Shown: positions 52,401 to 62,789 of the stretch, one piece after another
Layout: each line of letters starts with the position of its first letter
Numbering within the stretch: the stretch's first letter is position 1
Assembly (NCBI GenBank): GCA_965637545.1
Contig: OZ281497.1
Coordinates: 19,282,001-19,346,000 of the forward strand
Length of the DNA: 64,000 bases
Source: Phallusia mammillata
Lineage: Eukaryota
Reading direction: 5' to 3'
The notes under the pieces: generated by a model
What the model was told of the DNA's origin: nothing
Databases searched by the model: none
The model's input: the letters and a program-made list of their open reading frames with translations, nothing else
Translations under genes and position numbers: made by a program

Positions 52401-53871
52401 ACGTGGGCCCACTTGAGAATTTTCCCACAGTGAGCGCGATCGGTTGGAACGCTGACGTAACATCTGATGTGCTGGGTGCACTCCATTATCATGCCACTGT
52501 TGCAAACACAAACAGAAATATGAAACAAAGCGGAAACGCCATTGGTTTGTCAAAATCATTGACCAACTATGTCACGTTACTTAGTGCAACTAACTTTAGG
52601 ATCTAAAGCTTGTCTGATGCCGACGAATGCTTATGACAAAATAAAGGTGGCCATTTAGGATGTGACACAGTTTCGTTTAGTAAATAGAAAATGTTTAGTA
52701 AACAAAAAATATGAACTCTGTTACATTTAGATTGCCACTTTTGCTGTATTGACTGACTGTGCATTGAGGAAAGCCATCTACTATAATAAACCAGCAATTT
52801 ATATTACAAGCAGCTAAAGTAGACCAAAAAGACGTGCAAAACCTTGCCAAGAAACCAGTCAGCTGTTTTCCAATGGCCCTGGAAACTTGTTTTTTTCGGC
52901 AACTGCGACCAGTCATGCTAAATCTTATGGATAAACTGTTGCTGCCAGGCATAATGTATCAACTTTATGGTACTTTATGACAATTTTGTGTTTTCAATTT
53001 ATGTCATTATCCTAATGAAGGTGTCTCGTATGGGACATCGAAACGTCGGCACATTATAATGAAAACTTCTGGAAGAGCTGAAAATTTGTTGATGCCGAAT
53101 CTTATATGATGCATTTTTGTGTAGGTAAACGACTGCAGCATGCCACTGTTGGGAGAGCGCCAAGAAGATGACAGAAAACTGATATCGGATCTTGTCCTAC
53201 AGCGTATGACCGCATGCATTCGTCCGCACGATCCTTCAGTTAGTCACAACTCGCGGCCAACTCCGCAAATGAGGTATAAAAAGCACGCCTGAAGGCACCA
53301 GTGCAGCAGTTTCGCATTGCCTTTCAAAACAGTTAGAATAAAAACTCCAGGAAACCGAGAAATACTCGTAAGCTGATTGGTGAAAGGAAGCATACATGAA
53401 CAAGTTGATTGGTCGCACCATCAAATTGTAACTACCAATACTTTTGCTTGCATGGGCCATTTAAAGGTGTAATGAAACTTAGCTGATAGCCTCGACTGCA
53501 TGTTTACGAAACCATCCTTGCCGTGGTTAAATTTAGGCAAAAATTAAACACGCCGTGAAAACAAATACATTTTTTATCATGTATACGTTTCGTTTTAAAG
53601 AATGACACAAAGGCCACAAGTAAGCAGCAAGCCTCCGATGCCATCTGCACCACCGTCCTGTCCACCATCAGTACCGCCCAGTAGTCACGGATCCGAGCCA
53701 CCGTCCCCTACTGCTACCAAGCGGGATGTTTGCACTAGCGAACCACCGTCGCCAGGTGGACCTAGAGAGCGTCGCCGATCCCGTTCGGGAACGATCAGCG
53801 AAGACGAGGAAAGCAAGGCCGAGAAGATACGAAGTCTGCGGCAGTCGTTTGCGAGTTTGTTTTCTGACTAG
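25421..53871 (+). CDS. SYN: Synapsin, about 518 aa; exons 25421-25661, 25793-25907, 26194-26251, 27150-27241, 28141-28297, 31168-31257, 49511-49716, 51544-51721, 53125-53273, 53601-53871
   Basis: Domain [23 protein letters not shown]; complete domain C ([62 protein letters not shown]); domain [19 protein letters not shown]. All phases are consistent. Confidence 0.96.
29120..29197. repeat. Short tandem repeat inside the outer hAT element
   Basis: GCAGAGCGTT at 29128, 29145, 29165 and 29182, interleaved with GCTCGGCC. Confidence 0.8.
29330..29813. mobile_element. Non-autonomous hAT-like element nested in the 28738-30078 element
   Basis: Perfect 15-bp TIR CAGGGAGTCGAACCG; 8-bp TSD TCCCTAAG at 29322-29329 and 29814-29821; many GAACC[CG] subterminal repeats. 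Confidence 0.9.
34116..38153 (-). CDS. TIMP: TIMP paralog A, about 289 aa, nested antisense in the synapsin intron; exons 38021-38153, 36955-37098, 35943-36049, 35183-35300, 34535-34707, 34116-34310
   Basis: Signal peptide followed by [13 protein letters not shown]; YRIKVHKAYKG; [13 protein letters not shown]; YLIIG; GRLTVGLC; 12 TIMP cysteines; phases are consistent. Confidence 0.92.
43768..46886 (-). CDS. TIMP: TIMP paralog B, about 434 aa, with a very long acidic insertion; exons 46778-46886, 45899-46503, 45602-~45748, 44546-44651, 44225-44397, 43768-43932
   Basis: Signal peptide followed by [13 protein letters not shown]; VLKG...[11 protein letters not shown]; RYLLLG; LHINYC; GCGNCTV; HCLW; FAC; RCGW. 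The exon 2/3 junction has two possible splice solutions that both keep the frame. Confidence 0.88.
44855..45274. mobile_element. Non-autonomous hAT element in a TIMP-B intron
   Basis: TIR CAG[C/T]GGTTCCCAAACT (15 of 16 match); 8-bp TSD ATGTATAG on both sides; subterminal GGGGTCCGCG/GGGGACCG repeats. Confidence 0.9.
51055..51125 (+). other. Minimal hammerhead-like motif with a tandem partial duplication
   Basis: CTGATGA-T-GGCA(tgagcatt)TGCC-GAAACGTT at 51083-51113. The 26-mer ATTTGCCGAAACGTTTGAACAATAAA is repeated at 51055 and 51100. Stem I is only about 2 bp. Confidence 0.45.
53011..53050 (+). other. Degenerate minimal hammerhead-like motif
   Basis: CTAATGA-A-GGTGTC(tcgtatgg)GACATC-GAAACGTC. 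Stem II and GAAACGTC are intact; the core carries a G-to-A change (CUAAUGA). Confidence 0.45.
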
Positions 53872-54826
53872 ACGTGGTTTGTTGGACACGTATAATGTGA
53901 TGTACAAAATATGCACTACAATATCAACGTTATATTATATATTTCGCATTATTTAATTCATTATGGTGCAATGGTGTTTAACAGTCTGATCTCGCTCCTA
54001 TACGCTGAGTGACTGTTTGGTAGCGTAAGTTGTTTTTTCGTTCTATGTATAGAGTTTATGTATACGACCATTTAACTTATCAAAAAACATCTAAAAATTT
54101 GCCCCACGCTGGTGTTTTGTGTACATAAGCTTGAGAATGAAATTGCATGGTGATTATTTATTTATGACGACACTGCGATGGCGCACAGTGGACAGGGTGC
54201 TGTGTTTTGAATTTACATCACGTCAATATATCTTGTTGTATTTTTGTTTTTGTGTTTTTTTCTGCATTTGTATTTTTTCGACTTTGCTTCGTATACTAGT
54301 TAGTAGTAACCTGTGTTGGTACGGTCAAAGTAACAATTGTAGTCTTCTCGCGTACATACTTAGAGAATTATTTTCACAGATAAATTTTAGCCTACACATT
54401 TATGTCAAAAATCATGTATTACGAAAAGATTTTTTCGCAACAAAAATTCACAGGCTTCTGACTCGGAGATACAAACGATTTTATAACACTAGCAATATTA
54501 TTGCTTTTTTGTCCTTCATAAACAATGAACACTAGCTTTCTCTTCCAGGTTTTGTGCAATATTTTTTTCTCGTATCGTGTATATTTTTGTTGCTTGATGA
54601 TGTTGTGTTCACTTGCTTACACTGCCCGTTCCTTAATGTTTCCATTTGCTTGTTCCTGTAATATTTACTTTTTGTTGTTTTATCGTAGTGCTGGTTTAAC
54701 AATCGTCTTGTCAGTGTGTGTAAAACGTTTAATATTTGCAATACGATTTTGTATAGGGAAACTGCAGCAATACAAAATATTTCTGGATTTCTTGTGAAGT
54801 CGCCATGTTTTTGTATTACATTAAAC

Positions 54827-55688
54827 CAGTGGTTCCCAACCTATGGGTCGCGACCCAAAGTTGGGTCGCCTGAAAATTTTGTTGGGTCGCCTGTTTTTGT
54901 GACAATAAGAGATTTACTCTTCGACTTCGTTTCGCAGCGTTTTCCACCCCAAGGCTTTAAATCAGGGTTCTTCAACTTTGTTCATTGTATGAATATATAA
55001 GCTCACAAGAACTGTGAAACTCAGCTAACTTTATCTTATAAGCAGATAAAGTATTTGAATTTATTGTGTTTACTGGCGATTGTTTGTGTTTTTGTGTGAT
55101 CTCAAGAGCAAGGTTGGGCATTTAATTAGCCACACACTTTTTGTTTAGGCTGTGTATGGTGACCGGTTATGCTTAACTTCTTTTGCTTTCACATTTCTTA
55201 TGTAGGCCGAATAGCGCTTCCCAAACTGCGTATTTGTATCATTTCATTTGGAAAATGTAGTGTAATTTGATGTTGAATGTATAGGATTCTCCTGTACCGA
55301 GTAATGGCCTATGTTTCAACAAAAGAAGGGCATTGTTTGCGCATAATCGTAATATTATTTTGTCTATGATGTAACAAACTGCTCTAAATTGTTGCCTCAA
55401 AATAATTTTAAGAAAACTTGGCGTGATAATGGTTAATTCTGTATGTGACGTCTTATAGGCTGATAATGCTTTGAGCCAATAGAAATGTTTTTGTAAAAAA
55501 AAACGAATAGTGTTTGTTCGCTTTTTAAATTTTCCAAACTGGCGTATTAATTTTCGAAAATCATAACTGATTTAAAGGCCAAAATACAACCAAAATATTA
55601 AGAATGGGTGTCCATGGGTCGCGAGAAACCACAAAACAAAATTTTGGGAAGTATTAGGGTCGCGTCAAAAAAAGGTTGGGAACCACTG
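54827..55688. mobile_element. Non-autonomous hAT element
   Basis: Perfect 16-bp TIR CAGTGGTTCCCAACCT; 8-bp TSD CATTAAAC on both sides; subterminal GGGTCGC repeats. Confidence 0.92.
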
Positions 55689-55814
55689 CATTAAACCAAC
55701 CACTTTGGAAAACACCAGAATGAAATTGTTTAGGTTAAAACTAAAATTCACTTTTTTAGTGCTTCTAAACGCTTAAGTAACACAGATGGTGACTTCATTA
55801 ACCAAACCTTAGTG

Positions 55815-57628
55815 ATGTCGGACAATTACATACCAGTTGTCGATTTCGAAGCATATAATTTGGAAAGGAAAGAATGCTTGCAAGAAGATCTTACGAAAAT
55901 TGGAAAACAACTTGTCGACGCTTTCTCCAGTATTGGTTTTGTGTACATAAAAAATCACGGTATATCTGAGTAAGTGATGTTTGCAATTTTTCAAATTGTA
56001 GAAGAATACAAGTTTGAATGTTTTAGGTCTTACTTAAAAAACCTTGAGACTGTCACAGAAAGGTTTTTCACAAGTCCAGATGAGGAGAAACAACGTTGGG
56101 ACGAAAAACATTTGGTTGGATTGGTATTGGGAAGGAAAAGCTAAGGTGAGCCCATTTGCGTTTCCATTTTGCTGTTTGAAACTATTATTCTGATCTAGAC
56201 TGCATAAGAAACGGTTTGTTTTGCATTTTACCCAGAGCGGATCCGAGTTTACCTGGAGATTACAAGGAAGCGTTTAATATAGATGGAAATCTATTCACTC
56301 GAAATAAAAGTGAATGGCCGGATGACATTGCTCCAGGTTTCTCGTGTAAAATCAAGGATTTTATGGAACGCGCAAAAAAATTGTCGCTTCGCATTCTTCA
56401 TGCTCTCGCTATTCTTGAATTAAAGACTTGAATTAAAGGTTGTCGTTCATTTGTGCTTGCAGTAATCAATAAAGGCTGATGACTTTTTAACCACATTTCT
56501 ATTACTACTGTATGAAGTCGTATGCTTATCATTACAAGTTCTTGTTAGCCTAATAAGTTTGCTACTGGATTACACACAAATTTGTGTCAAAATTTACTTC
56601 TAAGATTACAATTATACTTTAAAATTTAAGTGTTGTATTTTTCAATATATCGCTCTAATTTTTAGGACGAGTTTTTCTTTAACAAGTGTCACAGCAAAAT
56701 ACATACCAGTAACAATCCTACCACCGCCAGGTCTCTTTATTACCCCCCATTGCCAGATGATTTGCTGCCACAGCAGATGAGGTTCGGCGATCATAGCGAC
56801 AACACTTCAATCTCACTTGTTTTCCAGGATGATGTTGGCGGTTTGCAGGTTAACTTTAATATAAAATACCTACATGGATCGCAATTTGCTGACTTGAAGC
56901 AAATTTTGTGTGAAGGTTTTAAGAGCTGACCGCGTGTTTGCTGATGCAACACCTATTAAGGGAACTGTCCTAGTGAATATCGGCGATATTTTGCAACACT
57001 GGACCAACCACAAGCTTTTGTCCACCGTAAGACACACCGGTTACTAAAAGTTATTGACAAATCGCGACAAAATAGAGTTTCACTTGCTTCTAATATTCAG
57101 CAGCACAAAACACCACATTGTATTAAAAAAAATTCGCATGTACGTCGAGAAATCTCAAAAAGATAAGTCCATGAAGTGTATTTGTTTTGTTTCTGAAGTA
57201 TATTGTAGATGGAGACCCTTTTTTTAAAGTTGTAGCACCAAGGATTAAAGTCATGTAAAATATCGTTCTACCATCATTGAAATAGAGGATAATATCAGGC
57301 TGTTTTGACTTTGATTCTTCTTATTTAATATCTAGTATCCGATTTGATTTTGATTTAGTTTGTGTCTATGTTTAACTCTAATTATTTCTGTTATATTTAG
57401 ATACACCGGGTAATTATTAAAGAAGGAGAGTTAAGGAACAAACTGGTTCGACGTTCATTGGTTTATTTCGTTATTCCCGACAATGACGTGTTCATTAACG
57501 AGCCGCTTGCCTACAAAGACGAATCTTTGAATGAAGTGAATGTTGAACCGCATAAGCTAATCACAGCTAAAGACTGGCTCATGGAAAAATTGGCTGGTTA
57601 TTGGAATTTTACAGAGGACGATGATTAG
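55815..57628 (+). pseudogene. 2OG-Fe(II) dioxygenase (DIOX_N + 2OG-FeII_Oxy, IPNS-like) copy 1, apparently disrupted; exons 55815-55969, 56027-56145, 56236-56438, 56666-56848, 56916-57026, 57401-57628
   Basis: IPVVDF, GFVYIKNHGI, PGDYKEAF, DHSD..SISLVFQDDVGGLQ, LVNIGDILQHWTN, STIHRV, RRSLVYF. Frameshift near 56100 gives TAA at 56142; a 12-bp duplication (CTTGAATTAAAG) gives TGA at 56429. Either lesion could be an assembly error or a null allele. Confidence 0.8.
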
Positions 57629-59198
57629 ATATTGAAGTTCTACAAGTGTTTTCGTAATTTTTGCACTAATTTATGTAAAACCTTTTGCTTCAATGTAAAA
57701 AAATATGTACTGAGTTTCGGTATTGTTGCAAATATGTATGAAAAATAAACTCTTTGCAGCAACATGACGTTATTGTCGTAATAACAAATTGTTTTGTTAA
57801 GTGATGCGTTGATATGTCTAACGCTTGTTCACTTCAGTGTTCTGAAAAACATGTGTAATCTATACACGTCGCTTTGACATGTCAACAAATTGATTTGCTG
57901 ACAGGGTACATCCCTACAAGGTTAATCAAAGTAGAAAGGTTGAGCAAAAATAGCTTAAGGGAAAGAGGTATTTAATTCTTATTACTGCTTCTAACTTATA
58001 TGGTGTAGCGATTTTAACGGCAGTCAGATTATATGCAGCAGTGGTCCAAAGTTGCAAATTTAACTGCAATGCAAATTTAACAGTATGACCTGAAACGTAT
58101 TTGAAAAATGCCTGAAAATTGTTTTTAATTGCTGCTGTAATTTTTACACCCGACGCCGCAAAACCTTCAACCGATTGGAAAAGTAGAAACTGTTTTTTTA
58201 AGCAGAACGGTGGGTTTATTGGTATCGCTGTGTGGACTCGAGATGGGTAAAAACTACATTCCGATTATTGACTTTGAGTCGTGCATTTTTCCAAAAGATG
58301 AATGTTCACATGATGATTTCAGTCGAATCGACAAACAGCTGGTCGAGGAATTCTCCAACGTTGGTTTTGTGTATCTGAAAAATTATGGCTTTACAGAGTA
58401 CAGGCAATATTGAAATGAAATGAAGAATTTCGATGGGATTTTAAACCAAACAATGTGTGCAGTGCCTACATAGAAAGACTTCACGAAGTGACTGAAAGAT
58501 GTTGTACCAGTCCCACTGAAGAGAAGATGCGGTGCAAGTGAAAAGGCGCCAGCGCTTTCGTTTATATCGAAATGGAAAAGGAAAATTCAACGTAGGTATA
58601 TTAGGACGCCCTATAGTGGAATTTTTAATTTTATGACACGCGCGCAGAAGTTGTCACTTCGTATTCTTCATGCACTGACAATTGGAATGGGGTTAAAGGT
58701 CAGCTCCAAGTTTATTAGCTAACGATATGAGTTTACAAAACCAAACATGTTTTTTCGGGCAACCCTGATAATCGGAAGAAAATTCTCATCTGAAATGTAT
58801 TTTCTAAGGTATTCGATTGTTTTACTTTTTATATTACAACCAAGATAATTGTTTTTGTCGAAAACGCTTGATACCTGCTAGGTGAATAATATACATTACT
58901 ACTTTTGGCTGGTAAAAATCATTTAATGTTAACTCATTTTACAAATAAAAAAAGTTCAAACCCAACCACAAGATGCCTTTCAGGACGAAAACTTATTTAT
59001 TAACTACATTTGCATTGTTAATTTCAGGTCAAAGGTTTCGATGGTTGTTATGTAGATGCGAAACCCATTAGGGATACAGTACTCGTTAACGTCGGCGATA
59101 TTTTGCAGCATTGGACCAATGGCAAACTCAAATCAACGGTAAGTTGTCGACAAGTTTGAGCACGAGTATGAGTTTTTTGGACATGAAGAAAAATCCTA

Positions 59199-59250
59199 AG
59201 CTGCAGACAGTGCACACTGTTTCGACCTATAAGGTCTCATCAGTGCAGCT
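59199..59250 (-). ncRNA. Type I hammerhead ribozyme (minus strand, perfect consensus)
   Basis: Minus strand reads AGCTGCA-CTGATGA-GACC(TTATA)GGTC-GAA-ACAGT(GTGC)ACTGT-C-TGCAGCT: 7-bp stem I, intact core, 4-bp stem II, 5-bp stem III, GUC cleavage triplet (cut between 59206 and 59205). Confidence 0.9.
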
Positions 59251-59370
59251 GGTGACGAGAGATCGGCCGCATTGGCTAGTGTAGCCATTCAACGTTGTAT
59301 CCTGTGCTCCCAACAAACTGGAGTGCCGTTGAATGGCTACACTAGCCAATGCGGCCGATCTCTCGTCACC

Positions 59371-59422
59371 AGCTGCACTGATGAGAACTTATAGGTCGAA
59401 ACAGTGTGCACTGTCTGCAGCT
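59371..59422 (+). ncRNA. Type I hammerhead ribozyme (plus strand, one stem II mismatch)
   Basis: AGCTGCA-CTGATGA-GAAC(TTATA)GGTC-GAA-ACAGT(GTGC)ACTGT-C-TGCAGCT; predicted cut between 59415 and 59416. Confidence 0.85.
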
Positions 59423-60862
59423 TATCATTTATTGGCTCTATGCTTTTACAAGAAAAATCCTGATCTGTTAACCACCAAACACAATTACAGATTAGGCAAA
59501 ATAGTGTTACATGGATGTTACGTAGTTCCATAGAAGTTGCCTATATATTTAGCTCCTATTGTCATATGTTAATCACTGTGCTGTGGGTTTTCTGCCGTTC
59601 TTTTTAAGATGTAATTTAATGCTATTTCCGGCTATACGTTATCACGATGGCGTTGAAGACTACAAGCAATTTTCGTTGTTTCTAGGTACGCAGGGTTGTG
59701 GCCAAAGCTCACGAGAGGCAGGGAAGATCCACTCGACGTTCGTTGGTTTATTTTGTGTTGCCTCACAATGATGGTTTATTTAATGAGCCGTTGGTGTACA
59801 AAGATGAAAGTCTAAATAGTGAAGACGATTTATCCATCAAACCAATTCTTCTTGAAAAGTGGTTGTTTGAAAAAATGAAACAGTTTTGGGAAGTTACACG
59901 GTTACAGAAACAGAAGAAATGTTGAAATAACCTGTATCCTTTCGTTGTTTGACATGTATTTAGTACATAAGGTATATATAACATTTGAGATTGAAATTAT
60001 TGTCATGTCATTTTGCAGTTGCTGTTTGGCACATTCTACTTGAACTTTTTTTAAGCCTTTGTTGTATTTTGCAAAAATTTTATTACATTGACCCAATGGC
60101 TTGTCAATATGTACAGCAGATTATCATGTTTTTATAACTCAGATACGAACAGCTAAAGTTGCGAAAAAAATGCAGGTCGAAAAGGTCAAACTCCCGACAT
60201 CCTGAACTAATTGTTTTTAGAAAGTTAAAACAACGATAAAAGAAAAGATGCTCGATTACATTTCAAAACACGTTTAACACAAAAGTCACCACGAGCCGAG
60301 TTGCGGAGTCTTGCATAAACATTTAACATGACTCCAAGTAACTTACCATATGGCATATGGGACCATATGCGTTGATATGTCGACTTCTAAACCGAAACTC
60401 CTTGGAAGTTGAAATATTAACCTAATGGTTAAATACAAATTCTATTTTGTTTTAAAAGGCCAGTTTCACGTCTCGCGACGTGTTTCCTTTAGTTATACGT
60501 TTTTTTTTGTGAAATATAAATAAAATAGTCATTGAAATTTCACGATATACGACCCAATATAAAGCATGGTAAATACACGTCATGGTGATGTCGTTAAATA
60601 AAAACACTATTTCCTCTTATTTTAATAAAAGCTCCGCGCCAAACAGATTCTAGTTAACTCTTCGTGTGAACATTCCTTGTTTGCAAAACTGCACCACTCA
60701 AAATCAATAACTGGAATGTAACTTTTTCCGTTCTCTATTTAGCACAGCAGTACCAACCAACCTATACTTCTACTATTTTGATTCACAAAAACGTCTGTTG
60801 TATACAAAGCAATGCAATAAATTACTGACGCTGACAGCAAGGCGGTTTTCATTGGTATTTAT

Positions 60863-62074
60863 AGTCACTTGTTAGTCATTTTCCGTATGTTTGGGTCGTA
60901 TGTGGATGTGGGGGTCGTGTCAATGATCGAACCTAAGAAGGTTAAGGTCGTCTTGCAGTTTTCCAGGACGCGCATGTTGGCGGTTTTCAGTTTAACGTTA
61001 ACATGAATAGCTTACATATGTGGGTTACTGCGCTGACACCGCGCATATTTTGTGTTGAGGGTTTGAAATCCAACCGCACATTTGCTGATGCAACATTTAT
61101 CAAGGGAACTTGCTTGCTGAATATAGGCGATATTTTATTTATGACACAGGACCAAGCACAAGCTTTTTCTAACGTAAACAAAACCATTGAAATGTGTTGA
61201 CAACTCGCCGCTAAAGTGTATTTTTACTCCATATTTGCTAATTAACTATTATATTCACAAGGCAAAAATGCGTGTATTTTTTTGCATGGTTTATACCATA
61301 TTTGGTATACTGCTAAAACTCATTGGAAAATTACCGTTATGAAGGCAAATCTGCCTTGCAAGGTTGTTAAGAAAATCCCACATACATTTTAAAATAGCTA
61401 AAAATTATAACTGTTTGGAAAGTCTGTTATGTTGCAAATTGTTTCGTAGACTACTGTTCATGAATATTTACACGGTATGCTTGTTACACAGACAACAAAA
61501 TAAGAAACAGTAAATACGTCATCATATAGAAAAAGTAATAAGGAAAATCTAGTTGCTCTTTTTCGTGAAACGATAAAGTATTTATCATCTACTTTTTATG
61601 GTTTTCCTTATACGCCGTTGGTGCAAAAGATGAAAGTTTAAATAATGAAGACGAAGTATCCATCAAACCAATGCTTCTTGAAAAACGGCTGTTTGAAAAA
61701 ATGAAACAATTTTAGGACGTTGCAGAAACAGAATAAATGTTTAAATAACTTGTATTTCTTTGTTATTTGACATGTATTTGGTGTATGAGATATAACATTT
61801 GAAACTGAAATCAGTGTCATTTCAGATTGCAGTTGCTGTTTGGCTCATCCGATTGCATTCGGGTTGCGATGAAGCATATGTTATATTTTTTGCTAAACAG
61901 TTTATTACATAGATGCAATGGCTTGACATTTTGTACAGCACGCCGTCGCGCTTTGCTTGGTGCAGTTCAACAAACAAACTTTAGGCACTATTTTTCCTTA
62001 AACATTTTTTAATGCTGATGTATTTGGCAGTGACACAAACTTGCAGGTCACATGTTCCATTACATTTCTAAGAA
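60863..62074 (+). repeat. Segmental tandem duplication, copy 1, with decayed dioxygenase exon 4/5/6 fragments and 3' flank
   Basis: Near-identical to 62790-64000 (offset about 1927 bp). Contains TTTGCTGATGCAAC..AAGGGAACT..GAATATAGGCGATATTTT (exon 5-like) and GAAGACGAAGTATCCATCAAACCAATG (exon 6-like) with disabling changes. Confidence 0.9.
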
Positions 62075-62621
62075 CAGCAAATGTCACCACAAGTCGTGTT
62101 GCAGAATCGTGATTAAGCATTTATCATGGCTGTAAGTAAAGTTTGTCGATATCAAAGTTGAAAAACTAACTTGATGGTTGATCAAATACAAATTATTTTT
62201 TTCTGTACTTTGAAACGAAATTTCTGAGCAGTTATGAGCTTACATTGCAAAAGCGTCTTACAGCGTGTTTCGTATATAGTTCCGTTTTTAGCAAAATGTA
62301 AAAAAACGACTTTGAAAAGTGACGAATTACGATCCGATATAAAGTAAATACAAAGTATGATGACATGTCATGACCATGTCGTTAACAAACAATAAAAACA
62401 CATCTTATATTGTTTTCCTGAAAAACGACCAGCAATTATATCATTTAAAAAATTATTACATGCATTGACACGCTCCTGTTTTGTGTCAACCAGTGTTTAC
62501 ATATGTACACTCGTTTCTTTTTCAAAAAAGAAGAATGTGTGAACATTGTGTGACGCAAAACTATAATTTTACATTTGTTACAATTAAAAACAGTATTTCC
62601 TCCCAAAGCGAATCAAACCAT

Positions 62622-62789
62622 TTAACTTCCTGAACTGTCCTGATCGTTTTTTGTAACATCCCAAAACTGTTTCATCTTTCCAAGTATCCACTCTTCGATA
62701 GTCATTTCACTGATTGGTTCGGCGTCTTTCACGTTTAGACTTTTGTCTTTGTACACCAATGGCTTGTTTATAAGAGCGTCGTTGTTTGC
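62622..62789 (-). pseudogene. Inverted, truncated last exon of another dioxygenase paralog
   Basis: Minus strand reads ANNDALINKPLVYKDKSLNVKDAEPISEMTIEEWILGKMKQFWDVTKNDQDSSGS*, homologous to PDNDVFINEPLAYKD...WLMEKL. It is cut exactly at the start of duplication copy 2. Confidence 0.8.

Larger units (their letters stand above)
59199..59422. mobile_element. 224-bp fold-back element whose inverted arms are hammerhead ribozymes; TA-flanked; in an intron of dioxygenase copy 2
   Basis: 96-bp arms (59199-59294 and 59327-59422) with a single mismatch (59234/59387), a 32-nt spacer, and TA on both sides. Mobility is inferred from structure only. Confidence 0.7.
58243..59925 (+). pseudogene. 2OG-Fe(II) dioxygenase copy 2, pseudogene
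   Basis: Exon 1 MGKNYIPIIDF...GFVYLKNYG; in-frame TGA at 58539; the first half of exon 3 and the HxD exon are not found; exon 5 (59028-59138) is intact; the last exon (59686-59925) has HRV changed to RRV. Confidence 0.85.

Noticed and set aside
54119-54797. ORFs of 138 and 90 aa after the synapsin stop
   Set aside because: T-rich, probably 3' UTR; translations are low-information F/L/I/Y runs.
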